A DNA stretch of 64,000 bases from a virus (taxonomy: Duplodnaviria > Caudoviricetes), in the IMG/VR virus record IMGVR_UViG_3300043442_000893, positions 1 through 64,000 of that record, one strand, 5' to 3'. Positions within the stretch are counted from its first letter, which is position 1, and the number at the start of each line of letters is the position of its first letter. The notes below the pieces were generated by a model. It ran no database searches, had not been told where the DNA came from, and was given only the letters and a program-made list of their open reading frames with translations. Both the position numbers and the translations under genes were made by a program. This document shows positions 46,811 to 57,506 of the stretch, in pieces.

Positions 46811-47821
46811 ATGACATTCTTTGTTGGCCATACAGGCGCTATTAAGCTTCAGCGTGGAGGCGAAAACACCTTTACGGCCAGCGTTTCTCCAAACGATGTC
46901 AATACTGTATTAAATCGCTTTAGCTTTGAAGGGAGTGACGATAATTTAATTACAGGCGATCTCCTTGAAATCTCGACGGAGGATGATAGGGGATTGCTAT
47001 TTATGCCAGCCACGTTCTGGAGCATTCCAGGGCCAACTGTAGATGGCTATAGCGAAGTTGTTTGGACGTCTGGTAGCACAGCGGCATTGTCTGGCTGGTT
47101 AGATGACGACATTACCACCAGCAGTGATTTGCCTCCAGAAGGCTACGATGAATTTAGACTTAGCGATTTTATCATTGCAAACAACATTAGAACATATGCC
47201 AATGTAAACAGAGTGGGCGGCATTCGTCTGTTTGAGAATTTTAATGATGCCGTTAACAATGAAAGAGCAAACGAATACGCTTTAGCGGAATTTTACGGCG
47301 AGCCCATTGAAATTACAGTTGGCGTAAGAGACACAAGATATAACACACTAGGTTCTGTCACTTCGTTTGAGATTAATACTGACAGGGCTGCGATGGAGAC
47401 AACAAGTCTCTCTGACAAATTTAAACAGCAATATTCGGCGGGGTTGCTAAGTGGCAATGGAAGCATTGAATGCCTGTTTAGTTACGAAAGCGTGTCCAAT
47501 CAGGACACGCCATTGTTCTTGCTGCAGGTTATTAATCGCTTAGAAGTGGGCACTAATTTCAAGGCTTTGCTTTCAATTTCTTCCGTCGACCAAACGCCTA
47601 CATTTAGAGAGGAAGTATATTACGAGATCGAGGCAGTAGTCACCAGGGCAGGAGTGACTGTCACGTCGGATGCATTGGTGGCATGTTCTATTGATTTTGT
47701 TACCACTGGCGACTTCAAGCTACGTGTGGGCATTACTCCGGAGTATATTCTCAAGGAAGACAATGACGCAATTTATCTTGAACAGGGTCTTGATTATCTG
47801 TTGAAAGAAGTGACAGACTGA
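46811..47821 (+). CDS. structural protein with tail-tube-like C-domain
   Basis: ETTSL.D.F......GLLSG.GS. Confidence 0.6.
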   Translation: MTFFVGHTGAIKLQRGGENTFTASVSPNDVNTVLNRFSFEGSDDNLITGDLLEISTEDDRGLLFMPATFWSIPGPTVDGYSEVVWTSGSTAALSGWLDDDITTSSDLPPEGYDEFRLSDFIIANNIRTYANVNRVGGIRLFENFNDAVNNERANEYALAEFYGEPIEITVGVRDTRYNTLGSVTSFEINTDRAAMETTSLSDKFKQQYSAGLLSGNGSIECLFSYESVSNQDTPLFLLQVINRLEVGTNFKALLSISSVDQTPTFREEVYYEIEAVVTRAGVTVTSDALVACSIDFVTTGDFKLRVGITPEYILKEDNDAIYLEQGLDYLLKEVTD

Positions 47822-47897
47822 TAAAGCAAAGAAAGAGCAGCGATAATAGCTATTATCGAGAGAGACTAGACTGTATTTAGCCCTGCCTTTTTGAGAG

Positions 47898-50800
47898 ATG
47901 GCCGATCAAAGAATTACGGAACTCGTCGAACTTCCTCAGGGAGGCGTAGCTTTTAATGATGTTCTGCCCATTGCAGACGTTAGCGCCAGTCAAACCAAAA
48001 AGGTGCAAGTCAAGAGCCTGATCCAAGCGGGCTTTAATCTTGCGGATGCTTCGACTCTTGATATTTCAAAGATTAACCAGGCCAGCGCAGCAAAACTTAC
48101 TGGCACATCTATTGCTGCAAATACTCTCACTTATGACAAGATTCAGCAGGTAAGCGCCAATAAACTGCTTGGCCGAAGCGCGTCCACTGGCAATGTAGAA
48201 GAAATTGATTGCACTGTTTATATTCGCACACTTCTTGATGATGCCAATGCCGCCGCTGCTCGTTCCACATTGGAACTGGGCGTGGTCGCCACGGGCAATA
48301 CCATCAACACCAGTCTTCTTGAAGATTTAAGTGTTACCACTGGTAAGATCAACAACTCGGCCGTTACGGCGGCGAAGCTGGCTAGCGATGCAGTGGAGAC
48401 TGCGAAAATTCTTGATGGCGCCGTCACTTCTGCGAAAATTCAAACAAGTGGAATCACAGGCAGTAATGTAAGCGCTGGCGCCATTGACACGGTTCACTTG
48501 GCTACTAGCGGCGTCACGCTCATCAAAATGGCTGCCAATTCAGTTGGCACCATTCAATTAGTCGACAGCGGAATCACTCAGGCAAAGCTTGCTGCTGATG
48601 CAGTGGCAACTATTAATCTTGTTGCCAGTGGTATTACGCAGCCCAAGCTTGCCGCAAATGCCGTAGCAACGATTAATCTCGTTGATAGTGGTGTTACTTT
48701 CGCAAAACTTTCCTCGGATAGTGTCAATACGATTAATTTAGTTGCAAGCGGCGTTACGCAAGCAAAGCTTGCTGCTGACGCAGTGGCAACCATCAATCTT
48801 GTTGATAGTGGCGTCACGCAGCCAAAGCTTGCAAGTGGTTCAGTTGCCACTATTAACGTTATTGATTCCGCCATCACTCTCGCGAAAATGGCAAGTGGCA
48901 GTGTCAACACTGCTCAGCTTGTAGACAGTGGCGTAACACAAGCGAAGCTGGCTTCTAATGCTGTCAATACAATCAATTTGGTAGATAGCGGCATTACGCA
49001 GCCCAAGCTTGCCGCCAATGCGATTACCACTGTAAACATCGCCGATAGCGGAGTTACCACTGCAAAGCTTGCATCTGGCGCTGTCACTATTTCAAAGCTT
49101 GGTCTTTCTTCTGGAGAGCTTTCTGGCGCTGTAATCACTGCCAGTTCCATTCCTTCTGGAAGCTATGCAAGTGGTTCTATTCCCACTGCAGCCGTTGAAG
49201 ATAATGCAATTGTTTTTGCCAAGATCCAGCAAGTGGCAAGCGGCGTGCTGCTTGGTCGTGCGTCTGCTGGTAGTGGCAGCGTGGAAAGCATTACGCTCAC
49301 AGCAGCAGGCAGGGCGTTGTTGGACGATGCAGACGCTGCTGCGCAACGCACCACGCTTGGCCTGGAAACCATGGCTGTGCAGCCCGCATCTGGCGTGGCA
49401 ATCACTGGAGGCACGGCTGTGCTCAGTAGTGGCACCATCACTTACGCCACGATCAATGGCGGCGTAATTAGTGGTATCACTGATCTTGCCATTGCAGACG
49501 GTGGTACGGGAGCCTCCACTGCATCTGGAGCACGCACTAATCTTGGCTTGGCAATTGGCACTGACGTGCAGGCTTACGATCCTGCTCTTGCTTCCATCGC
49601 AGGACTGACCACTGCATCTGGCCAGTTCATTTATACCACTGCTTCTGACACTTACGCTACTGCCACAATCACTTCTGCTGGTCGCGCCATTCTTGATGAT
49701 GCAGATGCGAGTGCGCAGCGTACCACGCTTGGACTTGGCTCGCTTGCTGTAAAAAATACAGTAGGAAGTGGCGATTACGATTCTTCTTCCATCGTCACTG
49801 CCAATATTGCCGATGGCGCAATTACTATGGCAAAGCTTGCTGACAGTGGCGTTACTACTGTCAAAATTGTCGATGCAAGCGTCACGGTAGATAAGCTTGC
49901 GAATAACGCTGTAACCACTGCAAAAATTATTGATAGTGGAGTTACTACTGACAAGATTGCGAATGGAGCTGTTTCTTACGCAAAAATTCAAACCACTTCT
50001 GCAAGCGATGTGTTGCTTGGTCGGTCCTCAGCAAGCGGTGGCACTGTAGAAGAAATCCCTTGCACTTCTGCGGCGCGCTCCATTCTTGATGATGCCAGTA
50101 TTGCTGATATTCGCACAACACTTGGTCTTGGCACATTAGCGCTACAAAATGGCAGCTTTGCTGGCACATCCACTGGTACCAACACTGGCGACCAGACCAT
50201 CACGCTTTCCGGAGACGTTACAGGCACTGGCACGGGGGCGTTTGCTGCCACCATTGCCAACTCTGCAGTCACATCAGCGAAGATCAATGATGGGGCAGTT
50301 ATCACTGCAAAGATTAGTGACGATGCTGTTACTAGCGCCAAAATGGCAGATAATTCTGCCGCCATTGTTGCAGGTTCCGCCCCAGTAGGCAGCGGCATCT
50401 TCATTGGTCAGCAATGGCTTAATACTGGCACTGGCGTTGAATACACTTGGACGGGAAGCGAATGGTTGCGACAGTCTGGACTGTCCACCACTGTTATTTC
50501 TGGCGACACTGTTTATAGCTTTACCACTTCCTATCCCGATGCTTTTAGTGCATCGATTGTTCCCGCGTTAAACACGCAAGTTGCTACGCGCTTCTTTGCT
50601 GGTCCCGCAAGTGGTAGCGCTGATGCTGCCCCAACTTTCCGTGCTATCACTGCTGACGATCTTCCAAAAGGCACCACTTCAGCCTTAGGCGTAGCCCAAG
50701 CTGGCACGGGCCTGGTCACTGTTAGTGGCATCTTTAACCATGCCAATAGCGTTGCATCTGGCATCTATTACAAGGTGACAGTAGACGCGCAGGGGCATGT

Positions 50801-52178
50801 AAGCGCAGGGGAGGCAAGTCTTGTTGCAGATGACATTCCTGCTCTTCCTGCATCGAAAATCACCACTGGCACATTTGGTAGTGGCTTTATTGCGGACGAT
50901 TCCATTCTTGCTTCCAAGCTTGCTAACTACTCAGTGAGTCAGTTTGGTGAAGCGCCGCCAGTTGCTGATTTTATTGGGCAATTCTTCTTCAATCCATTGG
51001 AGAAAGATCTCTATCTGTGGGATGGTAACGTTTGGAACCCTGTTGGCATTTCAGTGGGGGAGATTATTTTTGGCGGTACATACAATGCAAGCGGGAATGT
51101 TATTGCTAGCACTAGTAGTGATGGCGCAGCGGTTGGTTTAACCGTTGGTCAACCACTTCCTACTCCTTCGTCTACGTTCAATCGTTATTACGTGGTTGTA
51201 GCCAGTGGAGGCACTGGCACATCGCCAGCCCCTACTACTGTTTTACAGCCGCCCGACATTTTACTTTGCAATGGTGCTGCTTGGACAGAAGTGGACGTCA
51301 GCTCCACTTATCTTTCGCAGAGTGCTGCACAAGTTTCATTCTCGCCTGCTGCGAGCATTTCTGCTGGCAATGTACAAGCGGCCATTGAAGAAGTTAGTAA
51401 CGAATGCAGGAATGTCAACAACGTGGCGAGTGGTATTCTTGCCACCGGCTATGGCGGAACAAGCTTTAACTCCTATACGAAGGGCGACATTCTTGTCGGC
51501 AGTGGCACCACTCTTGTCAAGCAAGCAGTGGGAACCAATGGTCAAGTGTTGACTGCTAATTCTGCTTTTGGCGGAGGCGTGCATTGGACCACTCCTGCAA
51601 GTGGCACTGTTTTATCAGTTAGCGTTAACGCTCCGCTCACGGTTGTTAGCGGCACGACCAATGCTGTCATTTCCATTCCTGACGCATCAACAAGCGTCAG
51701 GGGAAGCGTTCAGCTCACTGATTCCACGAGCACAACAAGCTCAACGCTTGCTGCTACTGCCACTGCAGTGAAGAGCGCTTTTGATTTAGCCAATGCTGCA
51801 TTGCCACGAGCTGGCGGCACCATTACTGGCGAAGTGGTCATTGGCAATTCTGGCACATTGCTGTTTGAAGGTTCCACTGATAATGCTTTTGAAATTCAAC
51901 TTACTGCTGCTGATGCCACTTCAGACAAAATTGTCACTTTACCAGACACTACTGGCACCATTATTACAACTGGCGACACTGGTACAGTCACCAATTTAAT
52001 GCTTGCTGGCAGCATTGCCGACACTAAGCTGTCTACGATTTCCACTGCCGGCAAGGTTAGCAATAGCGCCACCACCGCTACCAGCGCCAACACTGCTAGT
52101 GCAATTGTTGCTCGTGACGCAAGTGGTAATTTCTCTGCCGGCTCCATTGATGCCACCATTGATGAAGGCACCTTCTAA
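47898..52178 (+). CDS. long tail fibre protein
   Basis: 1426 aa; 20-aa repeats KLAADAVATINLVDSGVTQ; LLDDADAAAQRTTLGL repeats; DEGTF end. Confidence 0.85.
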   Translation: MADQRITELVELPQGGVAFNDVLPIADVSASQTKKVQVKSLIQAGFNLADASTLDISKINQASAAKLTGTSIAANTLTYDKIQQVSANKLLGRSASTGNVEEIDCTVYIRTLLDDANAAAARSTLELGVVATGNTINTSLLEDLSVTTGKINNSAVTAAKLASDAVETAKILDGAVTSAKIQTSGITGSNVSAGAIDTVHLATSGVTLIKMAANSVGTIQLVDSGITQAKLAADAVATINLVASGITQPKLAANAVATINLVDSGVTFAKLSSDSVNTINLVASGVTQAKLAADAVATINLVDSGVTQPKLASGSVATINVIDSAITLAKMASGSVNTAQLVDSGVTQAKLASNAVNTINLVDSGITQPKLAANAITTVNIADSGVTTAKLASGAVTISKLGLSSGELSGAVITASSIPSGSYASGSIPTAAVEDNAIVFAKIQQVASGVLLGRASAGSGSVESITLTAAGRALLDDADAAAQRTTLGLETMAVQPASGVAITGGTAVLSSGTITYATINGGVISGITDLAIADGGTGASTASGARTNLGLAIGTDVQAYDPALASIAGLTTASGQFIYTTASDTYATATITSAGRAILDDADASAQRTTLGLGSLAVKNTVGSGDYDSSSIVTANIADGAITMAKLADSGVTTVKIVDASVTVDKLANNAVTTAKIIDSGVTTDKIANGAVSYAKIQTTSASDVLLGRSSASGGTVEEIPCTSAARSILDDASIADIRTTLGLGTLALQNGSFAGTSTGTNTGDQTITLSGDVTGTGTGAFAATIANSAVTSAKINDGAVITAKISDDAVTSAKMADNSAAIVAGSAPVGSGIFIGQQWLNTGTGVEYTWTGSEWLRQSGLSTTVISGDTVYSFTTSYPDAFSASIVPALNTQVATRFFAGPASGSADAAPTFRAITADDLPKGTTSALGVAQAGTGLVTVSGIFNHANSVASGIYYKVTVDAQGHVSAGEASLVADDIPALPASKITTGTFGSGFIADDSILASKLANYSVSQFGEAPPVADFIGQFFFNPLEKDLYLWDGNVWNPVGISVGEIIFGGTYNASGNVIASTSSDGAAVGLTVGQPLPTPSSTFNRYYVVVASGGTGTSPAPTTVLQPPDILLCNGAAWTEVDVSSTYLSQSAAQVSFSPAASISAGNVQAAIEEVSNECRNVNNVASGILATGYGGTSFNSYTKGDILVGSGTTLVKQAVGTNGQVLTANSAFGGGVHWTTPASGTVLSVSVNAPLTVVSGTTNAVISIPDASTSVRGSVQLTDSTSTTSSTLAATATAVKSAFDLANAALPRAGGTITGEVVIGNSGTLLFEGSTDNAFEIQLTAADATSDKIVTLPDTTGTIITTGDTGTVTNLMLAGSIADTKLSTISTAGKVSNSATTATSANTASAIVARDASGNFSAGSIDATIDEGTF

Positions 52179-52250
52179 TCATTAAAAAGAAAAGCCTTTT
52201 AGAATTGCGAAAGACTAATTAGTCTTCTGTAATTCCGAAAGGCTTTAATT

Positions 52251-53927
52251 ATGGCTGGTGTTCTTCAGCATCTGCGTTCATCAACGCTTAATAAGCGTCC
52301 TAACCCTGCTTCCATGGTTGATGGCCAATTGGCCATTAATTATGCAAGTGGAAGTCCTGGAGCTTTCTTCAAGGACAGCAACGGTAATTTAGTAAAAGTG
52401 GGGCCTGCGCATGTGGGAGCAACTGCTCCTAACGTGAGCCCTGCAAGTGGCGGCACTGCTGGTAATAGCCTTGGCGAGCAATGGCTTGATACAAGTGGTG
52501 GCACTTATGTGTTTAAGATTTGGGACGGGGCTGCATGGCGCAGTGAGGCTGGTGAGTTTGTAAACGTCACTGGCGACACGATGACTGGAGCGTTGGGCGT
52601 TATTGTAGGCTCAGCTTCCACGCCAGGACTATTTTTTAGCGGGGACGCAAATTCTGGACTGTATTCCCCCGGCGCAGACCAAGTGGCCATCAGCACTGGC
52701 GGGTCTGGCAGGTTGTTTGTGGATGCGAGTGGGCGCGTTGGCGTTGGGACAAGCCCTAGTTATGCGCTGCATGTTTCTGGTACTGGTACGGTCAGCTCGC
52801 GGACCCTTGCTACAGATGCAACCGGCGACGCTTCGTTCTTTGTCCAGAATGATGGCAATGGAATTTGTGGCCCACTTGTCTACGGAAGCACTAAAACTGC
52901 ATACGGCGCATTAGCTTCTAACGAAACTGCTTTTTATTCCAATAGAAGCACTACGATAATGGCAGATGGCGGAAGTGCCGTCATCAAGTTCGCAACTGGA
53001 GGTAACACCGAACGCGCCCGCATCGACAGCTCCGGCAGGCTCTTGGTTGGTACGTCTAGTGCGTCTGGCTCTGGAGGAGCAAAACTAGAAGTAGCCAAAC
53101 AAACCATGACAACAAGCGACATGGGCTTGGCGTCATTTCAGCTTGCAAGCGCCAGCAGTCGTTGGCCTCAAGTATTTCTGGAGAAAAGCCGAGGAGCAGC
53201 GGTTGGACAGAAGACTTTGGTTGTTGATGGCGATTCCCTTGGTGAACTTGCCTTCCGGGGTGCAGACGGGACTAACTATCTAACAGGTGCAAATATTGTT
53301 GCGACTGTTGATGGAGTCGCTTCTACAAATGATCTTCCAACGCGCTTAGTGTTCTCCACTACTGCGGATGGGGCGGCTTCTCCGACGGAGCGGATGAGGA
53401 TTACGCAAACTGGAGAGATATATGTTTTTTGCGCTAGCGGTGCGTGGAATCACACAGCAAACAATGGAAGTGGTGCTGGCACAGTATCTGCACTTTACCA
53501 AGGAAGATACGGCGCTACTGATAACACTGGGACCACGGGGACTCAATCTTATGTTGTCTGGACAAATGGTAACGTCCAGAACACCAACAACAGCTATACC
53601 GCCATTTCTGATATTAAGCTGAAGGAAAATATCGTTGATGCTGGATCTCAATGGGCCGACCTAAAGGCTCTGCGCGTTCGCAACTACAACCTTAAAGAAG
53701 GCCAAACTCACCGGCAGATTGGTCTGATTGCCCAGGAGGTTGAACCCATCAGCCCTGGCCTGGTCTACGAATCACCAGACCGCGACGCCGAAGGCAACGA
53801 CCTTGGCACCGTCACCAAGAGCGTCAACTACTCGGTGCTCTACATGAAGGCAGTCAAGGCGTTGCAGGAAGCAATGGAGCGCATCGAAGTTCTGGAACAG
53901 CGTCTTGCTGATGCTGGTATCGCTTAG
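52251..53927 (+). CDS. tail fibre with C-terminal intramolecular chaperone (Peptidase S74)
   Basis: SDIKLKENI...IGLIAQEVE...V.Y.......VKALQE. Confidence 0.88.
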   Translation: MAGVLQHLRSSTLNKRPNPASMVDGQLAINYASGSPGAFFKDSNGNLVKVGPAHVGATAPNVSPASGGTAGNSLGEQWLDTSGGTYVFKIWDGAAWRSEAGEFVNVTGDTMTGALGVIVGSASTPGLFFSGDANSGLYSPGADQVAISTGGSGRLFVDASGRVGVGTSPSYALHVSGTGTVSSRTLATDATGDASFFVQNDGNGICGPLVYGSTKTAYGALASNETAFYSNRSTTIMADGGSAVIKFATGGNTERARIDSSGRLLVGTSSASGSGGAKLEVAKQTMTTSDMGLASFQLASASSRWPQVFLEKSRGAAVGQKTLVVDGDSLGELAFRGADGTNYLTGANIVATVDGVASTNDLPTRLVFSTTADGAASPTERMRITQTGEIYVFCASGAWNHTANNGSGAGTVSALYQGRYGATDNTGTTGTQSYVVWTNGNVQNTNNSYTAISDIKLKENIVDAGSQWADLKALRVRNYNLKEGQTHRQIGLIAQEVEPISPGLVYESPDRDAEGNDLGTVTKSVNYSVLYMKAVKALQEAMERIEVLEQRLADAGIA

Positions 53928-54023
53928 CAATAGAAGTCCCCTTCACTTCTTGCCCTAGGCGGTTTCCCGAAGAAACCGCCTTTCTTTTCATTGCTAAACT
54001 AACAAAGACCATTCTTTTTAACC

Positions 54024-54335
54024 ATGGCGATCACTTACACTTGGGGCGTTTCCCAACTTGAAAGGCAGCTTTCGAGCGGTATTGTCTACACCGTCCACTA
54101 TACGATTTCTGCCGATGATGGCACGTATGCTAGTTCGGCATACGGCAGTCTTGGCCTTGAACCCCCTGATGAGGACGACGAGATTCCTTATGCTCAGCTC
54201 ACCCCTGAAATCGTCACCGGCTGGGTGAAAGATAAGTTTGGCGATGAGAAAGTGGCAGAAATTGAAGCCGCCCTTGCAGAACAAATTTCTCAACAACGCA
54301 CTCCCACTACTGGTACTGGCCTGCCTTGGAGCTGA
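54024..54335 (+). CDS. tail fibre-associated protein
   Basis: W.V..LER, IPY..LT...V.GWV, GLPW. Confidence 0.7.
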   Translation: MAITYTWGVSQLERQLSSGIVYTVHYTISADDGTYASSAYGSLGLEPPDEDDEIPYAQLTPEIVTGWVKDKFGDEKVAEIEAALAEQISQQRTPTTGTGLPWS

Positions 54336-54338
54336 TAA

Positions 54339-54476
54339 ATGGCAGCGAAATCGAAAGTTGGCATTAGCGGCCAGAAGCTTCATTCTCCTAATCGTCGCAA
54401 GAAGACTAGGCAAGGTAATGGAGCGAATAGCAAAGCTTCTCATGGGCGCAAGCTTATGCGAGGCCAAGGTAAATAA
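54339..54476 (+). CDS. small basic protein (45 aa, not in ORF track)
   Basis: KKTRQG.G..SK......K..RGQGK; followed by terminator hairpin. Confidence 0.7.
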   Translation: MAAKSKVGISGQKLHSPNRRKKTRQGNGANSKASHGRKLMRGQGK

Positions 54477-54536
54477 TTACGGGGCCGAAAGGCCCTTTTT
54501 CTTTTAGCAGTACAATGGAAGAAAGCATTGTTTCTC

Positions 54537-55760
54537 ATGGGCCAAATCATTGCAGGCGGTGAACAGTTTGAAACTCATATTGAAGCTGACTATCGTGGAC
54601 AGATCTTAAAGACAGGCCCTGATAGTGGAGCCGTTGATGCCTTTGGTCGTGCTCGCACCAGTGCTCCCTATACGCTTTTTGATAGCACGATGCGTTATGA
54701 CAAGCGTGCTGACCAATGGTTCGATCGCGTATCCAACGGAGGTGTGGTCACGTATTTAACAAATGAAAGCAGCACTGCTTTGACGACTACAACTGCGTCT
54801 GGCGATACAGTATTGCGTAGAACCAAGCAATGCTTTCCGTACCAACCAGGAAAGAGCATGATGATCATGCAAAGCTTTGCTGGCACCACTCCCGTCTCTG
54901 GTTTCATTCAAGAAGTGGGCTTCTTTGATGACCAGAATGGAGTGATGTTTAGGGCAAGTGGTACTACTTTGCAAATGGTCATTAGAAGCTTTACGTCTGG
55001 CGCCATTGTTGAAAATGCAGTCGATCAATCAGCATGGAATATCAATACTCTTGATTCGCTGGACATCTCTAAAGCTCAAATTTTTACCGCCGATCTTGAA
55101 TGGCTTGGCGTGGGACGAGTAAGAGCTGGCTTTGTAGTCAATGGCGAGATTATCTATTGCCATGAATTTAATCATTACAACGCATTGACTAGTGCATATA
55201 TGACAACGGCTATTTTGCCATTGTCCTATCGTATTCACAATGCTTCCACTCAAGCTTCAGAGCGAACTATGAAGCAAATTTGTAGCAGCATTCTTAGTGA
55301 GGGAGGATATGAACCAGATGGCGCTGTGTATTCAGTGGGTCATGATCTTGCCACTGTCGCCAACACTTCTGGAGAGCGTATCACTGCTGGCATCCGCATG
55401 GCAAGTGGTCGCACTGGTAATGTTATTTTGCCTGTGAGGATTTCCACTGCCACTTCCTCTAGCGATGTTGTGCTATGGAGGCTTCGTCTTAATCCAACGC
55501 TAAGTGGAGTTGTGTGGAGCGCTGCGGACAATGAAAGGGGTAATGTGGAAGTTACAACTAGTGGCATTGCGACAGGCGGCACAGTGGTCGATGCAGGCTT
55601 TGTAAGCCAAGGTAGTGCGAATAATTACGACATTGCAGTGGCCATTCGTCTTTCCTTAGGGCAAAATGCGTCTGGCGAAAGCGACACCCTCATTTTGACT
55701 GTCGACAGTTCTGTTAACGCCAAAGCTCTTGGTATGATCGGCTGGGTAGAAATCGCATAA
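54537..55760 (+). CDS. virion structural protein (beta-rich)
   Basis: DAFGR.R.S.P.TLFDS, YQPGKS, D.EWLGVGRVR. Confidence 0.75.
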   Translation: MGQIIAGGEQFETHIEADYRGQILKTGPDSGAVDAFGRARTSAPYTLFDSTMRYDKRADQWFDRVSNGGVVTYLTNESSTALTTTTASGDTVLRRTKQCFPYQPGKSMMIMQSFAGTTPVSGFIQEVGFFDDQNGVMFRASGTTLQMVIRSFTSGAIVENAVDQSAWNINTLDSLDISKAQIFTADLEWLGVGRVRAGFVVNGEIIYCHEFNHYNALTSAYMTTAILPLSYRIHNASTQASERTMKQICSSILSEGGYEPDGAVYSVGHDLATVANTSGERITAGIRMASGRTGNVILPVRISTATSSSDVVLWRLRLNPTLSGVVWSAADNERGNVEVTTSGIATGGTVVDAGFVSQGSANNYDIAVAIRLSLGQNASGESDTLILTVDSSVNAKALGMIGWVEIA

Positions 55761-55789
55761 TTCGCCTACAATAAAAGAAAAAGCTTATC

Positions 55790-56128
55790 ATGATTACGCC
55801 AGGTAAACACGATATTACAATTTATCAGGGCGCAACTTTTGAGCTTCAGTTGCAATACAAGGATGCTTCTGGTGTGCCGGTCAACATGAGCGGCTACACC
55901 GTGGCGTCCAAGCTATATGATCGCCTAGGAAGTTCTAAGCTTGCTGATTTTGCCGTATCATACGTAAATCAAGCTAGCGGTATTTTCAAGCTACGTCTAG
56001 AAGCTTCTGGAACAAGCGGGATTACAGAGCAGGGGCAGTATGACGTGCTGATTACGGAACCTGATAATAGTAAGTATTATCTTGTAGAGGGCAATGCCTT
56101 TATTAATCTTGGCTTGAGCTTCAAATGA
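55790..56128 (+). CDS. hypothetical structural protein
   Basis: I.QGATF...YD......Y.VEG. Confidence 0.7.
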   Translation: MITPGKHDITIYQGATFELQLQYKDASGVPVNMSGYTVASKLYDRLGSSKLADFAVSYVNQASGIFKLRLEASGTSGITEQGQYDVLITEPDNSKYYLVEGNAFINLGLSFK

Positions 56129-56427
56129 CAGTTATTGTGCAACAGTCTCCTTCCATTGTCTCAATTACTGAGGCGGAGGATTCCATTGTTGTCATTAATG
56201 AAGAAAGTAATGCAATAGAAATACAGGCTCTTCCGCCATCGCCAAGGCTTGAGTTTTTTGGCAGCGGCCCTCAAGGAGCTATTGGTCCTCAAGGGGAAAA
56301 AGGAATTAATTTAGACGAAACCGCTAAAATTGATGGAAGCGTAGTTTATTACGATGCTGCTGCGGCAAAGTTTAAGGCAGACGCAACAATTACTACCAAT
56401 CTTCTTACTGACGGAGGCAATTTCTAA
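56125..56427 (+). CDS. structural protein with short collagen-like stretch
   Basis: GPQGAIGPQGEKG; DGGNF end. Confidence 0.7.
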   Translation: MTVIVQQSPSIVSITEAEDSIVVINEESNAIEIQALPPSPRLEFFGSGPQGAIGPQGEKGINLDETAKIDGSVVYYDAAAAKFKADATITTNLLTDGGNF

Positions 56428-57506
56428 TGGCCAATACCATTCGCATTAAGCGCAGGGCTTCTGGAGGTAGTACTGGCGCGCCCGCGAGCTTGGCCAATGC
56501 TGAACTTGCCTATAACGAAAGTGATACTGGCAATGGCGTTCTTTATTATGGCTATGGTACTGGCGGCGCTGGCGGAAGTGCCACGCAAGTTGTTGCCATT
56601 GGCGGCGATGGTGCATTCGTAAATCTTACCGGCTCTCAAACGATTAGCGGCAATAAAACTTTTACTGGCACGCTAACAATGAGCGGTGCCACGATTGACG
56701 GCTTTAGCACCACTGGCAATGTAACAATTGGTGGAAATTTTACCGTCAACGGCACTACAACTACTGTCAACAGCACAACAATTAGTGTTGACGATAAAAA
56801 CATTGAACTAGGCAGCGTTGCAAGCCCCACTGACACCACTGCGGACGGAGGCGGCATTCTTCTTAAAGGAGACACTGATAAGACCATTTATTGGGTGAAT
56901 GCCACTGACGCATGGACGAGTAGTGAACACATTGCCGTAGCAAGCGGTAAGTCTTATTTCATTAACAACAGCAATGTCCTCAGTAGTAGTGCACTAGGAA
57001 GTGGCATCATTACGTCCAGTCTGACCAGCGTTGGCACTCTCACTTCTGGCACATGGTCTGCGTCGACCATTGCCGTTGACAAAGGAGGCACAGGACAGTC
57101 AAGTTATACAAATGGTCAATTATTAATTGGCAATACCACTGGTAATACACTTACGAAGGCCACGCTAACTGCTGGCAGTGGCATTTCAATTACAAATGGC
57201 AATGGCAGTATTACCATTGAATCTACTGGCGTAAGTTTCGCTGCTGGCGATGGTTTAGATCTGGCAGGAGGCACGCTATCAGTTGACTTGAAGGCCAATG
57301 GTGGCTTGGTCATTGAAAGCACAGAGCTTGCGCTTGATCTTGGTGCATCTAGTATCACGGGAACTTTGGCTGTTGCCGATGGTGGCACGGGAGCAACAAC
57401 CTTAACTGGCATCTTGAAGGGTAATGGTACGTCTGCATTTACTGCCGCTGTTGCGGGGACCGATTATCTTGATACAAACAGCACAGTGGATGGAGGAACT
57501 TTCTAG
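56427..57506 (+). CDS. tail fibre-like protein
   Basis: IRIKR...P..L..AELA, TTVNSTT..VDDKNIELG, DGGTF end. Confidence 0.8.
   Translation: MANTIRIKRRASGGSTGAPASLANAELAYNESDTGNGVLYYGYGTGGAGGSATQVVAIGGDGAFVNLTGSQTISGNKTFTGTLTMSGATIDGFSTTGNVTIGGNFTVNGTTTTVNSTTISVDDKNIELGSVASPTDTTADGGGILLKGDTDKTIYWVNATDAWTSSEHIAVASGKSYFINNSNVLSSSALGSGIITSSLTSVGTLTSGTWSASTIAVDKGGTGQSSYTNGQLLIGNTTGNTLTKATLTAGSGISITNGNGSITIESTGVSFAAGDGLDLAGGTLSVDLKANGGLVIESTELALDLGASSITGTLAVADGGTGATTLTGILKGNGTSAFTAAVAGTDYLDTNSTVDGGTF

Noticed and set aside
48500-49100. Nucleotide repeat array
   Set aside because: The 60-bp periodicity is explained by 20-aa repeats in the tail fibre, with synonymous divergence.
50937-50951. Self-target for array unit 2 (gtcagtttggtgaa versus gttggtttggtgaa)
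   Set aside because: 12/14 match is expected by chance in 64 kb; 10-nt partial matches near 2273 and 16623 likewise. No exhaustive search was possible.
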